64,000 nucleotides of DNA from a virus (Duplodnaviria; Caudoviricetes), in the IMG/VR virus record IMGVR_UViG_2840842423_000001, positions 64,001-128,000 of that record; one strand, 5' to 3'. Of this stretch, positions 1 to 12,000 are shown piece by piece (position 1 is the stretch's first letter; every line of letters begins with the position of its first letter). The notes beneath the pieces are model-generated. The model worked only from the letters and a program-made list of their open reading frames with translations, had not been told where the DNA came from and did not search any database. Position numbers and translations under genes: made by a program.

Positions 1-11
1 AGTATTATAAA

Positions 12-1345
12 ATGAATAAAGATCAATTTACAAATGAAAGAGTATGTAAGTTATTAGATGAAAAAGGAAACTGGAAATATACAGTCAAAGCAATTTATGA
101 CGGTAGAGGGTTTTATAAGTGGTGTATTCTTGCATTAGCTAAACATACAACAAAAAGTAAATGGGCAAAATTAAATAAAAAGAATACACTAGAAATTTAC
201 GAATAACAAATAAACTAAATACAAAAGGAGAAAATAAAATGGACAAATATTTTATCGATATTTCAAAAGGTGACAATCACGGATTTATTTATCTTTATGA
301 GAATTATCTATCCAATAATGAAAATGAAATTACTGTTATAAATGAACCACAGTTTCACACTTTAACAGTTTCAAAAAATAACATTATAGAGATATCCAAA
401 GAACAATATTCTTTATTGTTAGAAGTCAATTATCAAGGTTTGGATAATGTGGATATATTGACACAAATTTTTAAGAAATTAAATTTTAAAGATGGAATAT
501 ACAATATCTAAAATAACCATAAAAGGAGAATACACATGAACAACCTAACAAAAGAGGAATCAAAAGCACTAAGAATGTTAATTGTAAATGAGATCAACGA
601 GGTTAATTATGATATGAATAAGCATAACGAAAAAGAACTATCAGAGGAATTAAAAATATTGAAAAGCTTATGGAAAAAGTTTTCATCTGTCACACCTTTT
701 TAAAGTAATATAAAAAACCGTACAAGTCTTTTTAATGATACATAAGCCTATTAGAACTATTAAAAAGACTTGCAACAGTCTTTAAATACATACTTTAAAA
801 AGGAGACCATAAAAATGAATAAATTTACAGTAACAAACGAGTTTATAAATCAAATGATAGAAATTGCTAACAATCAAGGGATAGATTACAACATGTTTGA
901 AGGTTCATTGACTGACAATTTTATATTTTACGACACAGAGAGAATAAAAATTACAGAGGTTGGCCAATCAAAATATCTCATTATCAAAGAAAATTTTGTC
1001 AATACATGGACAAGTGAATTGGAATTAATAGCAACAAATGAAATCAGCACAGTTGAAAAATATGAAGAAATTTTTATTTAAAATACAATCAATCAAAAGG
1101 AGATCCAAAAAATGAAAACAAACCTATACCAAAAGTTTAAAAAATATCAAGTTTCAAACGTATCATCTGTAAGGGAATTTATAGAAAGGTATTACAAGCC
1201 TACACGCTTAAAAGATACACAAGGAATGGAAGGCAGAAAAGAAAGGCTTATTTCCAATTATGAAAAAGAATTAAAAGAGTGTGGTTATTGCTTCATTTCA
1301 CATCATGACAATATTACTGGTGAAGTAGTTTCATTCTATGGATAA
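12..1345 (+). CDS. Run of small hypothetical phage genes (12-206, 239-511, short ORF from 536, 815-1081, 1112-1345)
   Basis: ORFs after the first are each preceded by an AAGGAG RBS; the 770 ORF more likely starts at ATG 815. Confidence 0.7.
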
Positions 1346-1446
1346 TCACATGCAGGATGTTTTGTTTCCTGCTTTAATGTAATAATATTATATTGGATTG
1401 TTACATTAAAGCAATAAATAAAATTCAATCTAAAAGGAGAATACAA

Positions 1447-1857
1447 ATGACATATACTATTCAATCAAAAGAAACAGATTTAATCAATGTATTAAACAAT
1501 CTCAACGAAGATCATAAAATTACAATCATAGGTATTAATGATTTTGGCTTCCCTCAAGTATCACAAACGAAATTTCATTCAATAGAGATCAAAGAAAATT
1601 ATTCTCAAAGGTTTGTATATCTCATTCATAAACCAAAACACAAACGCAAGCATTATAAAAAGTCGTTGGATAGCAAAGACATAATTATACTTAATGACTG
1701 GCATGACATTAGCACAGAATCACAGCATAAAACGACATATAAGGATGACCATATTATCAAAAAATCCATATATACTTCATTCGATACTACTTTCTTAAAA
1801 GAAATAGATTTAATCTATAACACAGAAAAACTATACTCACACATTGCAGCAAATTAG
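1447..1857 (+). CDS. Hypothetical protein, paralogous to the C-terminal domain of the 2997-4862 protein
   Basis: RBS AAAAGGAG before ATG 1447; KITIIGINDFG..KPKHKRKHY..IILNDWHDI..KSIYTSFD aligns with KLTLFYISDWG..TPERKRKLH..LVYKGWHEL..KSKYHSVD. Confidence 0.7.
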   Translation: MTYTIQSKETDLINVLNNLNEDHKITIIGINDFGFPQVSQTKFHSIEIKENYSQRFVYLIHKPKHKRKHYKKSLDSKDIIILNDWHDISTESQHKTTYKDDHIIKKSIYTSFDTTFLKEIDLIYNTEKLYSHIAAN

Positions 1858-2412
1858 TAAATTCGTTTTTCTAATATGGATATGATCATTAACACCATTC
1901 TAAACAGATCGTATCCATCCATGGACAAATGAATTACATAATAGAATAACCAACAAACATAAGTCTAAAAGGAGGTTGCAAGCATGATTAAACGCTTAAT
2001 CATTGATGCATTGATAGACGTATTACCAAAGAATCGAACAGATTTTTATATGTGTATTCTATTCGTATTATCAGTATCATTCTTATGTTTCACCATGATA
2101 AACTCATAATAAATAAAAAATATTATATTTAACAAAACACTTTACACTTTTAAAATTTTATGTTATACTGTATTTACAAGGTTAAGAAACACTTAAAAAC
2201 TTTGTTCCTTGTCTTAAATGTTTAATATTTATTATACTGTATTCGCATTGAACATTTAAGAGAGGGATAGGAACTCTTTTTATAGTAGGCAATATAATTT
2301 ATTCTTTGCCCAAAGGATTGAAACACGTATTCTAATTGCAGCAATTCAATCTTTTAGGGAAAGAATAAACAATGTAAACTACACAATAATAACAAACTAA
2401 AGGAGCAAACAA

Positions 2413-2900
2413 ATGTATAAGCATTATGAATTTAAAGGCACACATAAAGCAAATAATAAGCCAATCAATATCCATGTATACATAAAAGATAATACTCTTA
2501 CATTACACGCATTCGGACAAATAACAAATTATCCTGCAATCATTGAAAAAGAGGTTATTCAATCATTACAACATGATTACAATTTAACTTTAATCACTGA
2601 TGATCAACTGGAAAATGTTTCATAATTTGATAAACAAAATATCATTGGAGGATCATAAAAATGCAAAATAAATCAGAATTTATAACACTTGTAAAAGCAA
2701 TTTTAAGCGACATGAGAGCCAATAACGATTTAATCAATACCAACAACAGGGAAAGGCTATTATCCTATCTAGGACAGTTTGATGCCAGCACAAACAAGTT
2801 AATATTAGACTTTTATAAGATTAATAAAACTATTGCTAAAAATGGAGGCATTCCAGTATTAAAAGAGATCATTAATAAATTTGAAACAAAAACATTCTAA
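2413..2900 (+). CDS. Two small hypothetical proteins (2413-2625, 2661-2900)
   Basis: ORFs with AGGAG/GGAGG RBS downstream of the promoter at 2141. Confidence 0.7.
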
Positions 2901-2996
2901 TAAATAATAAATATTGTATTGACATTTATATACTCTATATGGTAGAATGTAATTAACAGTTAAGCAACAACAAATATTATAAAAGGTGGCAATCAC

Positions 2997-4862
2997 ATGT
3001 TAAACGTAGAATTAAAAATCAATGACGAATTAAAAGGAATCGAATTATATTTTGACTCTATACCTAATCCAGAGGTTAGAAATACTTTAAAATCAAGTAA
3101 ATTTCGCTTCTCAAGTCGTAAAAAATGTTGGTATGCGAAACAAAATGAAGATACTTTTAAAATAGCTAACGCATTAACAAATAGTAATATTACAACAACA
3201 GATACACAAAATGCAGCAATTAAGAAAACAACCAACAAAAATACACTATCTCTATGGGAAGCTACACAATGGATAGATATAGAAGTTAATAACAATCAAG
3301 AAACAAAACAAATGGCAAAGGAAATAAGACAACATCTTAAAAAACGTTTTCCACAATGTAAAATAAGCGTTACAAGCGATTACAACCATATCAATGTAAC
3401 CATTAAACAATCACCATATAATGAAGATAGCCAGTATTTAAAAGCTATTAGAAACTATTGTAACAACTTAGTTAATGCGTATAAACATTGCTACAATGCA
3501 GGCGATCCATATACAGACATTCCTGCAAGCTATAATTTCTATTTCTTCAATACAAGTGTTAACTATGATTACAACCAAACAGAAGTCACGGAAGAAGTTA
3601 AAAAGAATATGGAATTATTTGATCAACAACAGGCATTATATGAGCAAGCAGAAGAAGCAAGAAAAGAAGAAGAGTATCAAGAATACATGAAACAACAAGA
3701 GTTACGCAATATTGAATATAAAAAGCAACAAGAAGAAACACAGAAGCAAGTTGAACATATTAACAATAGTATTAACGTAAAATCATTAGAAGATGATAAA
3801 CAATACTATATTATTGGTGCAGAATTCGCAAACTTAAATAAAAACAATACTTTGGATCAATATATAGAAGAAGTACAAAAAGGTGATTATTCACTTGAAA
3901 ATGTAAAGGTTACAAAAGAGCTGCATTTTGACAATCAAGAAGCATTAACAAATTATTCCAATATGTTACTAAACAATTTTGAATTTTTACAAGAGACAGG
4001 AGGAAGCTATACAGAGGATAACCGTATTAATTCAATGACAGACTTTCACAACATGGATAAAATGGAAAGAAACACCGTACAATGGAATTTAACGGGTGTA
4101 GCAGTATTCTACAATGATAAATTACAATTTGTTATAGATGCACAAGGACATGACTATGCACGTTATGTTGGATTAACTGATAACGCAACAATACAAATAG
4201 ATTTTACTTTTGATCAAGTACTAGAAGGTGAAGAACTTCAAGAATTAAAATTAAAAGCTGACGAACTGGAAAGCATTTCTACTGATACAATAACAGAATT
4301 AAATATAATTGACACATGGCAAACTGAACACTGGACAGAATACAAGGACACCATAAAAGATAAATTAAAACAGTATCAATTTAAACTAACTAAAGGTATC
4401 ATACAACAATTAGAAATAGAGTCACTCAAAACTAACATGTATAAACTGTTAATCGAAGTAGACGGCATACAGGATCAATTTATGGAAGCTAATATTAAAC
4501 AAGGCGAAAAGCTTACACTATTCTATATATCAGATTGGGGAAGTATAGTTACAAGTAGAATTACTTTTGATAATTGTATCCCAACAAAATACGCACAGTA
4601 TGACAACGCTATTAAATTAACATTTACACCAGAACGAAAAAGAAAGTTACATTATAACTATTTTCATTCCACACTATTAGTATATAAAGGATGGCACGAA
4701 CTACCAGAAGAAGTATTACACACTGTAGAACATACTGGCAATATGAGAATAACAAAAAGTAAATACCATTCAGTCGATAATAGGCAATATGATGAGATAT
4801 TAAGCCATTATAAGCGACAGGATATTATTCCAATCATAAACACCTACAAGCCAGTATTTTAA
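2997..4862 (+). CDS. Polyvalent-type multidomain protein with LPD29-like domain
   Basis: N-terminal GIELYF..P..EVR..LK..KFRF..KKCWYAK module, then TKQMAKEIRQHLKKRFPQCKISVTS (LPD29-like), then coiled coil; own class I promoter. Confidence 0.65.
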   Translation: MLNVELKINDELKGIELYFDSIPNPEVRNTLKSSKFRFSSRKKCWYAKQNEDTFKIANALTNSNITTTDTQNAAIKKTTNKNTLSLWEATQWIDIEVNNNQETKQMAKEIRQHLKKRFPQCKISVTSDYNHINVTIKQSPYNEDSQYLKAIRNYCNNLVNAYKHCYNAGDPYTDIPASYNFYFFNTSVNYDYNQTEVTEEVKKNMELFDQQQALYEQAEEARKEEEYQEYMKQQELRNIEYKKQQEETQKQVEHINNSINVKSLEDDKQYYIIGAEFANLNKNNTLDQYIEEVQKGDYSLENVKVTKELHFDNQEALTNYSNMLLNNFEFLQETGGSYTEDNRINSMTDFHNMDKMERNTVQWNLTGVAVFYNDKLQFVIDAQGHDYARYVGLTDNATIQIDFTFDQVLEGEELQELKLKADELESISTDTITELNIIDTWQTEHWTEYKDTIKDKLKQYQFKLTKGIIQQLEIESLKTNMYKLLIEVDGIQDQFMEANIKQGEKLTLFYISDWGSIVTSRITFDNCIPTKYAQYDNAIKLTFTPERKRKLHYNYFHSTLLVYKGWHELPEEVLHTVEHTGNMRITKSKYHSVDNRQYDEILSHYKRQDIIPIINTYKPVF

Positions 4863-5018
4863 CTGTATAGCAGCAGTTTATAGGTTTCCTGCTATAACAA
4901 AAAACCTATAAATAATTAATATTATACTTGCTTTATATATCCCATATATGGTATAATGAACTTACAGTAAAGAAACTAATAATTACCAATCACAAGAATA
5001 TCTTTAGGAGGTTGTAAC

Positions 5019-8000
5019 ATGTATAAGAAGCAAGATACAAATGAATTTATCGCTTTCAAGTCTTTATTCAATCAAAATTTACATGACGCATTAATGGACA
5101 ATGACATTGCAGCATTGATGGATATGCTTCATAAGGATTATAAACATGAAACATATAACGATTTTTATAATCATACTAAAATAAACACAAAGGAAATTAA
5201 AGAACAGTACAATCAATTCATGCAAGACATCGCAAATGATCCATACTTAATTTATAAACTATAACAGTATCACAGATCATGATAATATCAATAGGAGGGT
5301 TAACAAATGGAATCATTCTACAAAGGCTACAAATTTACAATTGAAGCAACAGATATTATAGGTGGAATCCGAATTTATCACAATAATGAAAAGCATGTTG
5401 TAGCACGAAAAGGAAGTTACGAAGGCAGAACATTTTCAGATTTGTTTGCAATCACTGAGGAACTAAAGGCATTAATTGATAATGACAATTTTACTTCAAT
5501 TAAACAATTGCCAGATCACAAATTTTGAATTAGATTAAAAATACAATACATGGAGGAATTTAAAATGACAGTAGCAACTATTAACATTGAAGAAATCTTA
5601 GGACATATGGTAAAAGCTGAAATTAGTGTAAATGGAATGCTTGGAACAACCAGAATTAATGAAGAGGGTAGAATTGTTTACAGTTTACACAATCAGTCTT
5701 TGTTCTTTTTACCTAAAGGAAAGAGAAACAAGGGTTATGCAATTAGGGGTGAGGAAAACATTCATAGTGTAGAAATAATTAAAAAGGATAACAAAAAGCA
5801 CAATGAATATATTAATGACTATTTAAATAGGGAGCAATTAGAAAGAGATCATATTGAAAGAAGAAGGGAACACAATAAGCAACAGGAGCAAGCTAGGAAA
5901 GAACAATTCGATAGAGAGCGTCAAAGAGAAAAAGCAGCAAAAGAAAAAGAGATTAAAGAAGCTAAGGCATTAGGTGGCTATGAAGAATTAGAAAATGAAG
6001 TTATTGAACTATACGAACAAGACGGAGAATTTTATAATGAAAGTTTTGTAAAAACATTCACTGTTCCTTTATTGAATAAATTGATTAATAAAAGTATTCC
6101 CAACATAAACGAATATAATAAACACTATTTCGATAAGAAACGTAATCCCAAACTTTGTAAGCTAATTGAAGCTAAACTAAACATTAAATTGGTAAACACT
6201 CAAAAAGGAAATGTAATCAAATTAAATGAGTATTTAAATCAATAAATAAACAATAACATACTTGACTTCTATATACTCTAAATGGTACAATGTATATAGA
6301 AGTTAAGGAGGGAAAATAATGAATACAAGCACGAAAGAATATGAGGACTTGATGAGATGGGTAATGAATGATATTAGAGATTTACCCAAAGATGTAAAAG
6401 GAAAGGCCAGAAAGCAATTTAACGACTATCTTATGATGACAGTTATGAACTTGGATATGTTTTGCGTAATAAATAATGAGACTGAATTTCAACGCTTTAA
6501 AACGGATCTGATAAACTGAATATAGTTACATAGCAGGTTAGCAAATGAACATGTTAGCCTGCTGCAATTCAATAATCAATCAACAATAATATTAACAGGA
6601 GGTTTCACAAAATGAATTTATACAGTCAATTAAAACAAGCACACGAAAAAGAGGTAAACAGTTTTCCCATGAAATTTGCTTTTAGTGATGATCAATTTAA
6701 TCAAAGTATGCAAGAATTAGGATTAACCAAAGATGATACTGATAAAGTGATTAGTATTGGTGCAGGAGGTTTCATCCGTAAAATTGATATAGAAGCATAT
6801 AGAGAGTTATTTGCACGAATGGAACGGGAACATGATCAAGCTATAGAAAACGATACAACAGGCACAGGGTTTATTAAAGATATGTTTAAATATGAGTTAG
6901 GCAACCATGAATATGGCTACACTTATGAAATAAATGATACATTAAGAGCATTAAGTTTAACATATGAAGAAGTAAAACAGTCGGATAAATTGCAGCAAGG
7001 TTTAAAATTAGCTACAGAAGAGTGTTTGCAAAGCGTAGAATAAATTAATAAAATTAGGAGGTTTGAATATGAGCAATAAATTATATATAGTCATTGAGGA
7101 CAATGCAGAGGAAGGTGTAGAATCATTCCTATTCAAAGATAAGGAGAAGGCAGCAGAAGCATTTAAAGCTATCATACAAGAGTATAAAGAGAGCATAGGC
7201 AAACTAGGTAATTATTCTGAAATAAATGATACATGGGCAGATATTCTCGATGTGCATAATGATCCAGTGGCCAGAGTATTTTGGCAGGAGAAAACAGTAA
7301 AATAAATTAATAAATAAATAACATTATACTTGTATTATTATACTTTATGTGGTAGAATATTATTAAGAGTTAAGAAACAAAGCAGGGTTATTTCCTGCTA
7401 TGAGGTTATAATATTATATTGTAATTTGATAGCAGAAAATAATATAATCAAAGGAGATTATTATAATGAAATTCAAAAAGACAACACACTATTTGGATCA
7501 TAAATACATTGACAAAAAGGAATACTACAGAGAAGTGAAAGAAGGTTATATCTTTACTGTACTCACTAAAGACAATTACAAAACAGATTTGTTTGTTTAT
7601 AAAATGAGTGATAAATGGCTTGTGAATACGGCAGATGGTAGTTTTCAATTGATCAAGGAGAAACAAGACACACGCAAACAAGCAGCAGAACAAGCACAGA
7701 CAATTATATCCATGCTTAATCTTAATAAGTACAATGAAGCTATACAAGGAATGAAAGAGGTTAAAAGCAAGCTTACACAAGTTGAAAAAGCAACTTCAAA
7801 TGGTAACTAAAAGAAAGTAATAAATAATTAATATTATACTTGCATTAACATACAATGCATGATACAATTGATTTAAGAGTTAAGGAAGAACAAACAAAAC
7901 TATAAAAATAAAAAGGTGGAATTAAAATGAACAACAAAAAATTAATGGAAAAGGTTATTGAATTAGATACGCAAACTTTACATACTAGGGAGCAAAGCGA

Positions 8001-8828
8001 ACGTGTGATGGTACAAATTGCCATTATCCGCAAAGCGTTTGGAGTTAAAAATTATGAAACAGACTCAAAAGTATTAGATTTTGAAAGAGAACAAATTTTA
8101 TCAGATCAAGAAATTGAAAAAGAGTTTAAACGTTATATAGGTTTCTGGGAGTGGGCTATTGAAACAAACAATCCAGACAAAGCCAAGTATTTTGAGAATC
8201 GAGTTTACTACTTTATTGATGGTGTACGATTTTTCGATGAAAAACTAGCAGAAAATTTTACAAAGTCATTCATGAACAATTTAAACGCAGCATAAACTTT
8301 TAATAAATAAACAATATCATTCTTGTATTACCTAACTATATATGGTGCAATAGATTTAAGAGTTAGGTAATACAAGAAATAAATTAGGAGGATTTAAAAT
8401 GAAAGAGAAATACTACTTAAACTTTAATGATTTGAATGAGGAAGTACAAGAAAGGATCGTACAGGATGCAATTATTGATTTAGAGGATGAGCAAGACAAA
8501 GAGGAATTACAAGAGGAAGCTGCATTAATGAATATGGATTATGATGAATTTATTACAGAAAAAGCAGAGCGTTATATGATCAACTTTGATTTTGAATTTA
8601 ATGTTTAACGAAAATTGAATTTATTGGAGAGTGTAAAAAATGGAAATCAATAAAACCATTCTTAAATTATTGCAAGGTAGCACAATTAGAATGTCTTATG
8701 ATGATTTTGAAACATTAACAGATCATATTCAGAATGAAGTAAGTGACAATGTTTATAAGCAATTCAACAGTTTAAAATCATACAATGATACACTAGGAAC
8801 AATTAAAGTATTAAAAGTATCGCTGTAA
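5019..8828 (+). CDS. Early small hypothetical genes (5019-5264, 5307-5528, 5565-6245, 6319-6519, 6612-7043, 7063-7305, 7466-7810, 7927-8295, 8399-8608, 8640-8828)
   Basis: Co-oriented ORFs with RBS, interspersed with class I promoters; 6612-7043 carries FAFS..QF and MFKYELGNHEYGYT motifs seen in conserved phage proteins. Confidence 0.72.
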
Positions 8829-8854
8829 AAAATATAATTAAGGAGAATCGCAAA

Positions 8855-9010
8855 ATGTTTCAAACTAAAAAGGAATATTGTGTAAATTGTGGATACTATT
8901 CTCATGAAGTGCATGAAAAGAATCCCATCAAAAAGAAAACTGGATTAGGAAAATTATTATTTTGTAATGAACATTGTTTTGAAGAATGGAATGATGAAGA
9001 AGATTTATAA
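8855..9010 (+). CDS. 51-aa CxxC...FCxxxC zinc-finger-like protein (below ORF-track cutoff)
   Basis: AAGGAG RBS; MFQTKKEYCVNC...LLFCNEHCFEEW. Confidence 0.65.
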   Translation: MFQTKKEYCVNCGYYSHEVHEKNPIKKKTGLGKLLFCNEHCFEEWNDEEDL

Positions 9011-9038
9011 AAAGTCTATAACAAAAGGAGATATTAAA

Positions 9039-12000
9039 ATGAATAAAGAAATTAAAGAATTGATTAGCAAAGTTGAAAGTTTAGAGTGGACAGTGGACAA
9101 AGAAGGGGATAACGAATACAGATTGAGCAAGTACAGTCCAGCAGGGCAAGACTTTAGTATAGTAGTAGAAGGTGAAGAGGTCGAAGAGTTAATCGAAAGC
9201 ATTTATCAAGTTTATAATGACTTTGACACATCAGAAGAGACTTACCTATGGTTAGACAATACAGGGCATGGAACAAATGGAGCGCCATATCATATGAAGG
9301 ATTTACTGGAGGATATGGAAGCTTGTGAACAAATGATATCAGACTTGTATGATGAGTTGAATAAATAAAACAATAAATAAATAATATTATACTTGTAATA
9401 CTATCCTGTATATGGTATAATTAATTTAAGAGTTAAGAAGCAAGCAAAAGATCAAATAGGAGGAATTAAAATGATCATAGGGTATAACTTAGAGGGTAAT
9501 ATAGAGTGTTTAGAGTGTGTAAAGGGATTTATAAACGACACTTTCAACGGTAATGAGGATGATTTTTTAGACTATGTAGAAGTAAACGAGTGCGCAATAG
9601 ACATATCGGACTTGAAAGATAATGGAAATACTAAAGGATATGGGCATATTGAGTGTGTTTCTTGTAAGAAAACGATTAATTAAAACTATAAATTTATCTT
9701 GAAAGGGAGAATGTAAAATGAATAAGATCGAACAAAATAAACAAAATAAGGAAATTGTAAACGGGTATAAAGAAACCATAAAAGAGATTAAAAATAATCT
9801 GTACAATGTTACTTCTATTAAGCATAGACATTATTTAATTAATACTATAAAAGAAACAGACAACTATATAAAAAGAATGGAATACTTTGCAGTGCAGTAA
9901 AAACAACATTTTATTAAAATTTGAAAGGGTTGACTATGTATGTTGGCTATTTATGGAAAGTTAAAAAATGAAAAACGTTTCAGAATGTATAATTTGAAAG
10001 AAGATTGTTTTGTAGAAAGAAAAATTTTTGTGACACTATTCCATGAGAGTCAAAAAGACGAATTACAGGAAGACGTTGACTATATGAATAAGCATAATCC
10101 TAATTATATTTTTGAATTAAGAAAAGTGTAATTTGGTAAACTTTAATAATTCACGATAAAATCAATAATTCATGAAGGAGAATGTAGTATGGAACATATA
10201 AAAGTATTGGGTTATTTTAAAGAAAGTGAAGTGGTTTTTAATCCAGAAAATGAAAAGTTATTATATTTTGTAGCATATGAGAATAGCTACAATTATAGTC
10301 AAAGAGACCAATTGGAGGGCAAGAAGTGGGTGGAGGGTTTTAATGTTATGGATGGACATTTTCAATTAATGGATAGAAATTATCTTATCTCATGTAAGGA
10401 AATATCAAAATATGAATATCTAAAAGCTACAGAAGGATACGTGACACCAGAAGTATACTTGTAATATAATAAAATTAATGCTTTATGAGAGGAGAAAATA
10501 TAATGTATGTAAATTGGATTGATAAAGATGGTAGGCATTCAGTCAAATGTAGCGATAAGATAACAGCTAAAATTCTTTATAAACAAATAAAGGACTTCAA
10601 AGTAAAAGAAATTAGCAATGACGAATATGGATTCACAGGGTATAAAAATTCAAAATATAGGCTTTTAGCAGTATAGATAAAACCATTATTTCACATTAAA
10701 AGGAGAAGATGAAAATGAGATATATTATTGTAGATCAGTTTACAAATGATGATTATGTAAATATTTATGTTGCAGATGATAAGGAGAATGACTTTTTAGA
10801 AATAGAACAGGACAATGAACTTCCAGACGCTTACAAGCTAATAGAACAATTTAAAAAGGAGTACAACATTAATACTATTGAGTTTGTTCTATATGACAGT
10901 GGTCACGTAACACAGGATGGTAATAATACTGAAATATATAGAAGGTCAATAGAAGCTTAATTAAGATAAAACAAATATATTATTGGGAGTGAGCAAAGAT
11001 GGTTAAATTTATGAATACCATGGAAAGATGTTTAGATTGTGGGGGGAAAATTACAAGAAAATGCAATACCAATTAAAAGTGAAAACGGGCAGCATTTTTG
11101 TTCTAATTGGTGCAAAGATAATTGGGTGTCAGATACTAATTAAATTTAATCATTGAAAAGGGGTAATACAAAATGAAGTTCACAAGAGAAGAAATGTTAG
11201 ATGACTTTAAAGAGTTAGAAATGGACTTAGAAGGCAGTTTAAACAATATGAGTATTTACCTTAGTATGAACGACAAAGAACTAGAAAATACTCATAAAGA
11301 TATGTTAGATGCAAAGTACATGGAAGAGTATAATTAAACAATACCATAAAGGAGTGTGTAAAAATGGAACACATACAAGCATACAATGACAACGAATTAA
11401 TATTTGAAGGTGAAGTTGGTGAATTTTTAAAGCTGCAAAACGATAGTGATGGATTTTTAGAATACATTATCGAAAGTAGAACAGATGATATTATAGAATT
11501 TCCGGAAACTATAAACGGAGATTGGAAATTTATTATTAAGTAGCTTAACCATTAAGTAAACAATATTATATAAGGAGAATCGCAATGAATAGATTTGAGT
11601 ATGAAACAGATAATGGATGGGTCGTTGGTTATTTTGATATTTATCAAGCTAGGAACGGATTTATTTATTTAGTCATGGGCAACAATTTTACAAAACTCAC
11701 ATTGGGGCAGATAGAACAATTAAACATCAATTGTTACTCACTAAAAGATTATGATCACGACGATTTTGTAAAAGCATATAATTTACCATTTTGAATTAGA
11801 CCATAGAAAGGAGGTTGTCATATTGGATTTAAACAAATGGAAACAGGACATCCACGAACAATATGTTTTACTACAAACCAATTTAAAGAACATCAAACAC
11901 ACTTCATTATACACAAGTCTACAGAATACAATAAACAACAGAGATGAAACAAGCTGCACATTAAACGATTTTTTAGAGAATCATTTTCAATTATCCAATA

